A DNA stretch of 64,000 bases, taken from Chthoniobacterales bacterium (GTDB taxonomy: Bacteria; Verrucomicrobiota; Verrucomicrobiia; Chthoniobacterales; DASVRZ01). Below are positions 44,440-54,044 of the stretch, piece after piece. The translations under genes were made by a program, and so were the position numbers. Every line of letters starts with the position of its first letter. The stretch's first letter is position 1. Where the stretch lies: contig JBDSQB010000010.1 in assembly GCA_039930045.1 (NCBI GenBank), positions 18,264 through 82,263 on the forward strand. Direction: 5' to 3'. The notes below the pieces were generated by a model that saw only the letters and a list, made by a program, of their open reading frames with translations, searched no databases and was not told the origin of the DNA.

Positions 44440-47400
44440 TTGGATGCTGTGTGCTGTCAATCCAAGCAAACAAAACCAGTGTCTCCACTTTTCACCACAT
44501 ATCGCCCGAGTGTGTTGGTCATCTTGATCTTCGTCATCGAATTGATCGCTTCTATCGGCTCGACGCAGGCAACGTCGATTTATGAAATCCCCCTCTCAGA
44601 AGAATACGTTTTGCGCAGTTGGGAGGTAAACGATGGCCTGCCCAGCAACACCGTCAATGGGGTAGTTGAGACCAGCGAGGGCTACCTCTGGGTGGCCACG
44701 CCAAATGGCCTGGCTCGCTTTGATGGGGCGACGTTCGCTTTGTTTAACAAAAAAAACACGCCCGTGCTAACCTCGAGCCGTTTCGATGCGGTTTTTGCCT
44801 CACGGGAAAATGATTTATGGGCTGGCTTTGGACGTGGAGGAGTGGCTCGGCTTCGTGGAGGAAATTTTGAAGTCATATTGCCGGAGCGGCAGGACGCAGA
44901 GCCCAGAACAAGCGTCACTTCGTTTGTGCAGGATCCAATGGGAGCAGTTTGGTTTAGCCAAACACCCGCCAATAGAGTGGATCGCTGGCGCGATGGAAGT
45001 TTAACGGCCTTTACCGATCAGTTAGAATTCAAGGCCGCCTTTGAACTCAGGCTCCAGGGCTCGATTGCGGGGCAGGTGTGGTTTTCTAATAACTTAAGAT
45101 GCGGCACTCTCGAAGGGGAGAAGGTGCGAACCGTCGATCCCGAAGGCGGGCAGGCAATCTGGCTAACGCCCTCGCGCAACGGAGGAATGTGGGCGGTGCG
45201 GGGGCAGCAACTTCTGCGCTACCATGATGATGGGAGCAAGGAGGTGGTGGCCGATCTTCCGTGGTCTGAAGGGGCTTCCATTGTGCTGGCCCTTTATGAG
45301 GATAAGGTCGGCAACCTCTGGATTGGAACCCGTATTGCCGGATTAATTCGTTTTCGTGATCGGCAATTTGTTCGCGTGCCGACTTCTCATTCCGCCGTGC
45401 GGACAATCGCAGAAGATCATGAAGGCAATCTCTGGGTGGGAACCGGAGGAGGTGGATTGGACAGGTTGCGCCAGACCTGTTTTCGCCTGCATCAGACCAC
45501 CCACGGCCTGCTGCGCAATGACATAGTTTCACTGGACGAAGATGGAGAAGGGCGACTCTGGATTGCAGAAATCGATGGTTCGGTGGTGCGCTCTGTGGAC
45601 TCTGGCAATCGGCGATTCGTAGCGGCTCCCAAGGGAGTGTTGAGCGGAGTGTTGGCCGTGCAGGCAACGAAAGGCGATCTTTGGTTTGCTACTTACGGCG
45701 ATCTCTTTCGCTGGACCGGCAATGATTTCAAACGTGAAAAATTTGAGACCCCGAGCACGGGCTTGCTGATGGATCGAGAAGGCATTCTCTGGGTCGCGAC
45801 GATCAACGCTGGTCTTTGTCGCTGGCGGGACGGAAAGATCGAGCACATTCCTGAAAAGAAGGGTCTTGTACGGCCTCGAGCACTGGCTGAGGACGGCGAG
45901 GGATGCCTGTGGGTGGGAACGGAAAGAGGAAGAATCTTTCGGCGTGAGAAAGATCAATTCGTCGAAATTCTTTTGCCCGAATCGCGCAATGGCCATCAGG
46001 TTCGTTTTATCGTGCCAGATGAGAAGGATGCGGTCTGGATCGGCACCTACGAAGGGGGACTTTATCGCTGGCGGGCTGGCAAGGTGACTCAACTCCCGCA
46101 TGGAACCGATTTGCCGGACGAGGATCTCCGCGCGTTGACGATCGACTCCAGCGGAGATTTTTGGCTGGCCACCGGGCGTGGTTTGTTCCGGGTAAAACGG
46201 GAGCAACTCGAAACCGCCATGGGAGGGCGTGCAGCACACTTGCGGGTCATTCGTTACGGGCACAACGATGGACTTCCAAGCATGGAGTTCAGCTTCGGAT
46301 TTCGCCATGGCAACACGCAGACGCGCGACGGACATCTTTGGTTTGCCACTTACAGCGGCGCACTGGAGGTCGATCCATTGCAATCGGCGAAGCCTGTGGA
46401 ATCGAAGCCGCTCTTGATCGAGGAGGTTAAAATCGGAGGCGTATCGGTAATGCGTTCCAATAATAAGAAGCTCGTCATCCCACCGCGCCCGTCATCGCTG
46501 CAAATTCGTTATGCCTCACCGCAATTTACCGCTCCGGAAGAGATTCGATTTCGCTATCGGTTAATTCAAAGTGGCGAGGAGGAATGGATCAATGCCGGGA
46601 GTGAGCGGACAGCTACTTTCACCCATCTTCCCGCCGCAGATTATCGTTTTGAAGTCGCGGCCACGGATTTAGCCGGAACTTGGCTGCCGACTGTATCGCT
46701 GGAGGTTACCATTCAACCGGCATGGTGGGAGACCATTTGGTTTCGATTCGCTGCAGGGCTCACCTGCGCTCTGGGCTTGGCTTTATTGGTTCGTTACGTG
46801 GTCAATCGACGCATGCAGACACGGATGCGCAGGCTTGAGCAGGAAAATGCAGTCGAGCGCGAGCGCACTCGCATCGCGCGTGACATGCACGATCAAGTCG
46901 GCGCAAACCTGACACAGATCGCATTGTTCGCCGGGCTGGCCGAATCAGAAAGTGAGAAGGAATCTCCGGGCGCAGCCCATGCGGCACGAGCGGCAGCGTC
47001 CGCACATCAGGCCATCAACGCACTCGACGAAATCGTCTGGGCGGTGAATCCGCGCCACGACAACCTGCCCAGCCTTCTCGATTATCTCGGCCAGCGCACA
47101 GTCGATTATCTGCACGGCATTGGTATTCGTTGCATCTTGGATTTGCCGCACAACCCGCCACCGCTCCCGCTCCCTGCGGATTATCGGCATCATTTCTTCT
47201 TGATCGTCAACGAGGCACTGAACAACGCTGTGAGGCACGCCGCCCCGCACGAGATCCGTATGAAAATCCAAATTTATGACTCCGCACTCACGGTCGAAAT
47301 CGCAGACGACGGGCAAGGTTTTTCTGAGGACAAAATCCAGTCAGGTTCCAATGGATTGATCAACATGCGGGAACGGGCGGCTGCGCTGAATGGCACCTGT

Positions 47401-47478
47401 CAGATCGAAAGCCAGCCGGGGCACGGCACCCGTTTGCGATTCGATCTGCCATTGCCGTCGAAAAAACCACGTCGCTAA
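44440..47478 (+). CDS. sensor histidine kinase with periplasmic two-component-regulator beta-propeller/Y_Y_Y sensor domains, HisKA_3 + HATPase_c
   Basis: Repeated GxLW(V/I)(G/A)T propeller blades, a TM segment, the H-box RIARDMHDQVG and a HATPase region (EALNNAVRHA...DDGQGF). Confidence 0.85.
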   Translation: MDAVCCQSKQTKPVSPLFTTYRPSVLVILIFVIELIASIGSTQATSIYEIPLSEEYVLRSWEVNDGLPSNTVNGVVETSEGYLWVATPNGLARFDGATFALFNKKNTPVLTSSRFDAVFASRENDLWAGFGRGGVARLRGGNFEVILPERQDAEPRTSVTSFVQDPMGAVWFSQTPANRVDRWRDGSLTAFTDQLEFKAAFELRLQGSIAGQVWFSNNLRCGTLEGEKVRTVDPEGGQAIWLTPSRNGGMWAVRGQQLLRYHDDGSKEVVADLPWSEGASIVLALYEDKVGNLWIGTRIAGLIRFRDRQFVRVPTSHSAVRTIAEDHEGNLWVGTGGGGLDRLRQTCFRLHQTTHGLLRNDIVSLDEDGEGRLWIAEIDGSVVRSVDSGNRRFVAAPKGVLSGVLAVQATKGDLWFATYGDLFRWTGNDFKREKFETPSTGLLMDREGILWVATINAGLCRWRDGKIEHIPEKKGLVRPRALAEDGEGCLWVGTERGRIFRREKDQFVEILLPESRNGHQVRFIVPDEKDAVWIGTYEGGLYRWRAGKVTQLPHGTDLPDEDLRALTIDSSGDFWLATGRGLFRVKREQLETAMGGRAAHLRVIRYGHNDGLPSMEFSFGFRHGNTQTRDGHLWFATYSGALEVDPLQSAKPVESKPLLIEEVKIGGVSVMRSNNKKLVIPPRPSSLQIRYASPQFTAPEEIRFRYRLIQSGEEEWINAGSERTATFTHLPAADYRFEVAATDLAGTWLPTVSLEVTIQPAWWETIWFRFAAGLTCALGLALLVRYVVNRRMQTRMRRLEQENAVERERTRIARDMHDQVGANLTQIALFAGLAESESEKESPGAAHAARAAASAHQAINALDEIVWAVNPRHDNLPSLLDYLGQRTVDYLHGIGIRCILDLPHNPPPLPLPADYRHHFFLIVNEALNNAVRHAAPHEIRMKIQIYDSALTVEIADDGQGFSEDKIQSGSNGLINMRERAAALNGTCQIESQPGHGTRLRFDLPLPSKKPRR

Positions 47479-48102
47479 ATGATCCGCGTTGCCATTGTCG
47501 AAGATGACGCACTCACCCGCGAAGGTCTGCTGATGCACCTGCGCCGCAGAGCTGATTTCGTCTGCGTCGGCGCGCACGAAAACGGGAAGGATGCATTGCG
47601 ATATCTGCCGGGAGAAAAGCCAGACGTCGTCCTCATGGACATCAACCTTCCCGGGCTCAACGGCATCGAATGTGTCGCCGCGCTCAAGGCGGCTCACCCG
47701 GATATCCAAGTCTTAATGCTGACGACCTACGACGACAGCGATCGCATCTTCGAATCCTTACGGGCTGGGGCGAGCGGCTACCTCCTCAAGCGGACGGCAC
47801 CCGCGCAGTTGGTCAAGGCGATCGAAGAAGTGCGCAACGGCGGCTCTCCGATGTCGATGCAGATCGCGCGCAAAGTCGTCTCCCATTTTCATCAGATCAA
47901 GAAACCGGAAAGAGAAACCGACAAACTCAGCGCACGGGAAATGGAAATCCTGGCACTGCTCGCAAAGGGAGCTCTTTACAAGGAAATCGCCGATCAGCTC
48001 GGCATCAGTCTGCACACCGTGCGCAACCATCTGCACGGCATCTACGGCAAGATTCACGTCCAGACACGCACCGAGGCGGTGCTGAAGTATCTCGACCGCT
48101 AA
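47479..48102 (+). CDS. NarL/LuxR-family response regulator
   Basis: REC domain (VAIVEDD...DVVLMDINLPG) plus a LuxR HTH (LSAREMEILALLAKGALYKEIADQLGISLHTVRNHL). Confidence 0.9.
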   Translation: MIRVAIVEDDALTREGLLMHLRRRADFVCVGAHENGKDALRYLPGEKPDVVLMDINLPGLNGIECVAALKAAHPDIQVLMLTTYDDSDRIFESLRAGASGYLLKRTAPAQLVKAIEEVRNGGSPMSMQIARKVVSHFHQIKKPERETDKLSAREMEILALLAKGALYKEIADQLGISLHTVRNHLHGIYGKIHVQTRTEAVLKYLDR

Positions 48103-48243
48103 TATCTGCGGCGGCAGTCAGATGGGATGGCGGAGGGGGGGAACGTATGTTCCATGGCGGGGCACCGTTGAATATCGGAATCTTTATGACGCCGAACTTT
48201 GCTCACTTCCTAAATCAACCCCTTCGTTCACCAGATCATCACT

Positions 48244-51200
48244 ATGAAATCCTCCTCCCCAAATTCATTCCCAGCCCTCGCCCTCGCTGTTACTGCGGCC
48301 CTCGCCCTCGGTCACTCTGCGCAGGCGGCGAATACTGCCGATACCTACACCGGCAGCGTGACGGGCAACGTGACCACTGGTTCGAACTGGAGTCTCGGCA
48401 CTGCGCCCCTCGTAACCAACGATGCTGTTTTTAACAACGGCACGGGCATCCGCAATTTCGGCACTGGCGCTTCACCGGCCAACCTCACCGTGGGTTCCTT
48501 CAACGTCACGCCGAACAGCGGCACCTATACGCTTCGCAATGATACGAGCGGCGCGACAAACGTGACTTTGACACTCGGCGGCGCTGGTAATCTCGGCAAC
48601 GGCATTTCCAGCACCTTTGGGACTGGATCTTCGTCGGATCTGATCTTTGCGGCATACGGGTCCACATTCAACCTGACCGGCACCAACGGCGGGGGCGGCA
48701 CAGGTGTGTTGGGTATTGCGTTGGCCGAATCGGGCAACTTCAATATCGCCGGGACCTCTGCGATTTCGTCCATCATCACCGGAGCATTTGGCCTCACGAA
48801 AACCGGTGCGGGCACGTTGACGCTTTCCGCGACGAACACCTTCTCGGGCGGGCTTAACATCTCATCCGGCACGGTTGATATCGGCACGAACAACGCGGTT
48901 CTCGGCGGAACTTCCGGCACTGCAGGTGCGGTGACGCTCAATGGCGGCGCTTTGCAGATTACGCAGTCCCAGACAGACACCCACGTGATTACGGTCGGCT
49001 CTAATGGAGGTGTGCTGAGAATCCTGGCAGCGGGTAACGTGCAGACATACAATCTGGGAGTTGCGGGCGACCTGACTGGCTCCGGCACGTTAACTGTCAC
49101 CGGCGATCGCGGTATCGGCATCAACGTTGGCGGCAACGCCTCGAAATACAACAGCGTTCTCGTGATGGGCAATGCGAACAGCGGCTACACCGGGAACATG
49201 GTTTTTCAAAGCGGCGGCACCGCGGAGATTACCAATGCCGGCGCAGTGGGAACCGGCGGCACCTTTACGTTAAACGATCAGGGCCAGATTTCTCTGGGCG
49301 TCAGTCTGGCGAAAGACATCACGGTGAATAACGGCGGTATTCTCGGCTTCAACGTAAACAACGTTACTTACTCTGGAGCGATCACATTAAATGGAGCTGC
49401 CAATGCTCGTTTGCAGTATTGGTATACCAACACGGCTGCAACCGGCGAGACGATCGGTGCGATGTCCGGCAGTGGAAGCTTGTCGGTGACTTCCGGCAAC
49501 ACTTCGGGCGGAACTCTGGCTCTCAACGGCACAAATACGTTCACCGGCGGCCTCACGGTCGCGGCATCGACGGTGTCCATCACGGGCAACTCGACCGGGA
49601 TGACAGGCCCCATTAACATCAATTCGGCTTCCCTTTACAATGGGGTCGGAGCCGGGACTTTGACCCTGAACGGCAACACTGGTTCCCTCTCCTCGACTGC
49701 GACGGTCAATATCAATGGCGGCACGTTCAATTATCAAGGCGCTACTGCGGGGAGCACTCTCGACGCGACCGCCTACACCTTTGGCGGTGGCGATCGCAAC
49801 TACCAGTCCACCTATGGCACCAGCGGCAACACCAGCCTGAGCCTCGCCAATTCGACGCGCACGGCTGGCACGACCAATAACTATTCGACGAGCGGCGGGA
49901 CGAACGGCACGACCAACAAGATTACCTTCACGTCCGCTCCTGGAACGGGAGCTTTGATCGACAAGGGCGACTACTTCGGCGGCACCAGCTATGCCGCTTA
50001 TGACGCTACTAATAGCGCCGTCCGCGCCTACGGCAGCGGTGATACGAATTATTCTGCCCAGGCGGCAAGTTCAACCGGATTTGTCGGGACTACTGCTGCG
50101 AGCAACGTGGATGTGACCGGAGCTATCACCAACCAGACCACGACTCAGATCAATACCCTCCGCCTCGGCACCACGAATGCCGTCACCATGACGGCCGCCA
50201 ATACGCTCACCGTGGATGGCATCCTCAAATCGGGCGGCAATGCAGCAACCATCACCGGCGGCAGTGGCATCCAAGCTTCGAGCGGCGGTGAAATGGTGAT
50301 TCGCACAAACGCTTCGGGTGACACTCTGACGATCAGCACGGTGATTCTGGACAACAGCACGAGCTCGCTCACCAAGTCCGGTCTCGGAACACTGAACCTG
50401 AACTCCGTGAACACTTACGCTGGCGGCACGACACTTAATGCGGGCGTGATCGTCTTGGGCAACAACAGTGGGCTCGGCACCGGCACGCTCACGATGAACG
50501 GTGGTGTGCTTCAGATGAATGCCAAGACGATCTCGAACAATATTGCCGTTGGGGCGAACGCCTCCGCGATGATTGATAACACGGGCAACAACTCAACGCT
50601 GAATGGAAATATCAGCGGCTCTGGAACCCTGACCATCGGGAACTCCAGCGGCAACAACCTGTCGGCTTTCCTCGGCGGTTCGAACTACAGCGGATTCACC
50701 GGCACGCTGAATTACTTCACGAGCGGTAATGTTGTGAACATCTTCGCCCCCGGCTCGACCTTAGATCTTTCCAACGCGGCAGTTAACTTCCTCAATCCGG
50801 GGAATGTCACGAATTCTGCCTTCAAGACCAATGGGAGTTTCGCCACGAAATTCGGTTCGCTGAGTGGCTATGGTTATATTGAAGACAACGGCACGGTTGA
50901 AATCGGCAATCTGAACACCAACACGAACTTCTGGGGAATTATCTCACTCGCGGGCGGCGTCACGAAAGTCGGCACCGGCACGCTGACCCTCAGCGGCGCG
51001 AATAGCTACTCGGGTGGCACGACGGTCAAGAACGGCACACTGGTGCTCGGCTATGGCGGCAGTCTTTCGGCAAGCACTACGTTGACCATCGGTGATTCCG
51101 CGACGAACACCAATGGCACCTTCCAGCTCGGCGACAGTCTGAACGCGGTCAACACCACGGTGACCAGTCTCGCGACCGCCGGCACGGGCACGTCCAACGC

Positions 51201-53589
51201 AATCGTAGGCGGCAACGTGAACGTCTCTACCTTGAACGTGAATAACGGCGGCGCTGTCACCTACGGCGGCAAACTCGGCGGCGCGGGCACCAACCAGAAC
51301 AACCTGGCGCTACTGAAGACGAACAGCGGCCAGCTCACGCTTTCCGGCAGCAATACCTATAGCGGCGGAACGACGGTCAACGCGGGAACTCTGTCAGCGG
51401 CCAACAACAATGCATTGGGCAGCGGTGCACTGAATCTGAATGGCGCCACATTGAACAACGCGGGGGCGGGCAGCGACATCACGCTGACGAACAACATCGC
51501 GCTCACTGGAGCGAACAGCATCCAGCCAGGCACTAACAAGAACCTGACGATCAGCGGCGGTATCTCCGGCAGCGGTTCGCTGACGATGGGCAACGATAGC
51601 AACAACGTTTCTATCTTTTTTGGCGGCACCAACAGCATGACCAGCGGCACCATTACCCTGGCCAACAATACCAACGCGGTTCGCATCTCCAGCACCAACG
51701 CGGGCAATGCCAATGTTGCGTGGGTCTTCAATAACACAGGCGTCAATAGAGACACGCTGGATTTCGGCACGGGGACCATCTCCTTCGGTTCGATGACTGG
51801 CGCTGGCATTCTTCAGAACAACACGGCGGGCGGCGTGACTCAAACGATCTCAGCCGGTGCCTTGGGAACCACTGATACATTCAGCGGTGCGATCAAAGAT
51901 TCGAGCACGGGGAACGGCAGCGGCACGATCGCATTCACCAAAGTCGGCACCGGCACGATGAGCCTTACTGGCGCGAACACCTACGCTGGTGGCACGACGG
52001 TTAAGAACGGCACGCTGGTGCTAGGAACAGGCGGCAGCCTTTCCACCAGCAACACGCTGACGCTGGGTGATTCCTCAACAAACGCCAACGGCATCTTCCA
52101 GTTGGGCAATGGCGGTGGAGCGGTCAATACCACCGTCACCAGCCTCGCGAAGGCAGGCACCGGAACGTTGAATGCCGTGGTCGGTGGCGACGCGGCAGTC
52201 TCGACGCTGACGGTCAACAACGGCGGCGCGGTCAGCTACAGCGGCAAACTCGGCGGCGCAGGCACCAACCAAAACAACCTTGCGCTCACCAAGACTGGCG
52301 CGGGAACGTTGACGCTCTCCAGCAGCAACACCTACACCGGCGGCACTACGGTCACTACGGGCATCGTTAACTTCGGCAACGCCTCGGCATTTGGCACAGG
52401 ATCGATCACGCTCAATGGCGGCACGATCCAGGCTGGAGGAGGCTTTACCCTCGCCAATAACATTGTGGTCTCCGCCAGCTCGGTGATCGACATGGTTGGC
52501 AACAATACTGCGTTCAACGGCAACCTCAGCGGTTCGTCGGCGGTGAGCTTTACCGACAGCGGCCTCGCTTCCACAGCTACCTTAAGCGGAAACAACAGCG
52601 GCTTCAGTGGAACATTCACCATGAGCGGCAACGGCAATGGTAACGCGGTCGATTTCACCTCAGCCAACGCGGGCAGCGCCAGTGCGGCATGGGTATTCAA
52701 TGATGCCGCTGTTGATCGCGTGCGAATCAAGATCGCCGGCGGCGGCACCATCAACTTCGGATCGCTGGCGGGAAGCGGGCAGATGCAAAACGATACGTCC
52801 GCAACGACATCGACAATCAGCGTGGGTGCCCTCGGCACTAGTACGACGTTTAGCGGCACGATGAAAGACAACGGCACGGGCATAATTGCTCTCACGAAGG
52901 TAGGTTCTGGCATGCTGACGCTCACCGGAGCAAATGCCTACACCGGCACCACTACGGTGAGCGGCGGCACATTGAACGCGGCAGCCGCGAATGCGTTGCA
53001 ATCGACCTCAGCAATTACAGTAAGCACCGGGGGCACATTGCTCATCAGCAACAATGCCAGCACCAATCACGTAAACAATTCGGCTACCATCAACCTCAAT
53101 GGCGGCACCCTTGCCATTGATCCTGCTCAGGAGGGTGTGGCTGCCACGAAGACTGGCGGCACTGTCACCGGAACCAGCACTGTGGGACTCGGGGCGCTGA
53201 CCCTGAGCGCAAATTCGACGCTCGACTTCGACAGCGCCAGCAATGGCAACCTGCTGGTCTTCGCCACCGGGTTCACGGACGCGGGCAACGCGTTCAAGTT
53301 GAACATCACCAACTGGACCAATGCGAACTTCAACGGCACGACGAACTCGGGCCAGAGCACCGACGACCGGCTGGTCTTCAACCAAGACATGTCTTCATTC
53401 ATTACGGCTGGCGACATCACGTTTGACGGATCGGCAGTCGGCGTGACCCAGATCCAATTGGACAGTGGCTTCTACGAAATCGGTGTCGCGCCTGTTCCCG
53501 AGCCTTCCACTTGGGTGGGTGCTGGTCTGATCACCGGACTGGCGGGCTGGAGCCAGCGCCGCCGACTGGCGAATGCCAAGCTCTCGTAA
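48244..53589 (+). CDS. PEP-CTERM-anchored giant exoprotein with autotransporter-associated beta-strand (PATR) repeats
   Basis: Signal peptide. Dozens of GTGTLTLSGANTYSGGTTV-type repeats. C-terminal VPEPSTWVGAGLITGLAGWSQRRRL PEP-CTERM sorting signal. Confidence 0.85.
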   Translation: MKSSSPNSFPALALAVTAALALGHSAQAANTADTYTGSVTGNVTTGSNWSLGTAPLVTNDAVFNNGTGIRNFGTGASPANLTVGSFNVTPNSGTYTLRNDTSGATNVTLTLGGAGNLGNGISSTFGTGSSSDLIFAAYGSTFNLTGTNGGGGTGVLGIALAESGNFNIAGTSAISSIITGAFGLTKTGAGTLTLSATNTFSGGLNISSGTVDIGTNNAVLGGTSGTAGAVTLNGGALQITQSQTDTHVITVGSNGGVLRILAAGNVQTYNLGVAGDLTGSGTLTVTGDRGIGINVGGNASKYNSVLVMGNANSGYTGNMVFQSGGTAEITNAGAVGTGGTFTLNDQGQISLGVSLAKDITVNNGGILGFNVNNVTYSGAITLNGAANARLQYWYTNTAATGETIGAMSGSGSLSVTSGNTSGGTLALNGTNTFTGGLTVAASTVSITGNSTGMTGPININSASLYNGVGAGTLTLNGNTGSLSSTATVNINGGTFNYQGATAGSTLDATAYTFGGGDRNYQSTYGTSGNTSLSLANSTRTAGTTNNYSTSGGTNGTTNKITFTSAPGTGALIDKGDYFGGTSYAAYDATNSAVRAYGSGDTNYSAQAASSTGFVGTTAASNVDVTGAITNQTTTQINTLRLGTTNAVTMTAANTLTVDGILKSGGNAATITGGSGIQASSGGEMVIRTNASGDTLTISTVILDNSTSSLTKSGLGTLNLNSVNTYAGGTTLNAGVIVLGNNSGLGTGTLTMNGGVLQMNAKTISNNIAVGANASAMIDNTGNNSTLNGNISGSGTLTIGNSSGNNLSAFLGGSNYSGFTGTLNYFTSGNVVNIFAPGSTLDLSNAAVNFLNPGNVTNSAFKTNGSFATKFGSLSGYGYIEDNGTVEIGNLNTNTNFWGIISLAGGVTKVGTGTLTLSGANSYSGGTTVKNGTLVLGYGGSLSASTTLTIGDSATNTNGTFQLGDSLNAVNTTVTSLATAGTGTSNAIVGGNVNVSTLNVNNGGAVTYGGKLGGAGTNQNNLALLKTNSGQLTLSGSNTYSGGTTVNAGTLSAANNNALGSGALNLNGATLNNAGAGSDITLTNNIALTGANSIQPGTNKNLTISGGISGSGSLTMGNDSNNVSIFFGGTNSMTSGTITLANNTNAVRISSTNAGNANVAWVFNNTGVNRDTLDFGTGTISFGSMTGAGILQNNTAGGVTQTISAGALGTTDTFSGAIKDSSTGNGSGTIAFTKVGTGTMSLTGANTYAGGTTVKNGTLVLGTGGSLSTSNTLTLGDSSTNANGIFQLGNGGGAVNTTVTSLAKAGTGTLNAVVGGDAAVSTLTVNNGGAVSYSGKLGGAGTNQNNLALTKTGAGTLTLSSSNTYTGGTTVTTGIVNFGNASAFGTGSITLNGGTIQAGGGFTLANNIVVSASSVIDMVGNNTAFNGNLSGSSAVSFTDSGLASTATLSGNNSGFSGTFTMSGNGNGNAVDFTSANAGSASAAWVFNDAAVDRVRIKIAGGGTINFGSLAGSGQMQNDTSATTSTISVGALGTSTTFSGTMKDNGTGIIALTKVGSGMLTLTGANAYTGTTTVSGGTLNAAAANALQSTSAITVSTGGTLLISNNASTNHVNNSATINLNGGTLAIDPAQEGVAATKTGGTVTGTSTVGLGALTLSANSTLDFDSASNGNLLVFATGFTDAGNAFKLNITNWTNANFNGTTNSGQSTDDRLVFNQDMSSFITAGDITFDGSAVGVTQIQLDSGFYEIGVAPVPEPSTWVGAGLITGLAGWSQRRRLANAKLS

Positions 53590-54044
53590 TTAGCCAAGTG
53601 TCCCGCAGCGACGGGATCTACTGGTTGCTGTCTACCGCCTCGCCTTTGCGACAAATGTAATGAGACACGCTGGCACTGGCAATGCGATGAACGCATTCAG
53701 GGCCAGCACGCGCGTCTCGGGCGAGTACGGCATTCTCGAAACGAAGACTTACGACGGTCACGTCTCGAACCAATGTGCGGAGAACGCCTCGTCTGAGGTG
53801 AGAGTGGGGCTGGCTGCCGTCGACCAGCGTCGGCTATTGCGGGCAGTTTGGTGCCAAAAACCCATTTGTCGAAGAACTCACGGCCTCGTTCGGCGTGTGA
53901 AATGGCACCGCTGCGCAAAAAATCTGAAGTCATAAGCAGTTTGTGGTTGTGTTCTCGTTGAGAAAATTCAGATCATTCCCGCGTTCAGCAACCCCCCAAA
54001 GAAATCACGGCTAGAGTTTGCCGTCATTTCGCCCCACCTGCCCT

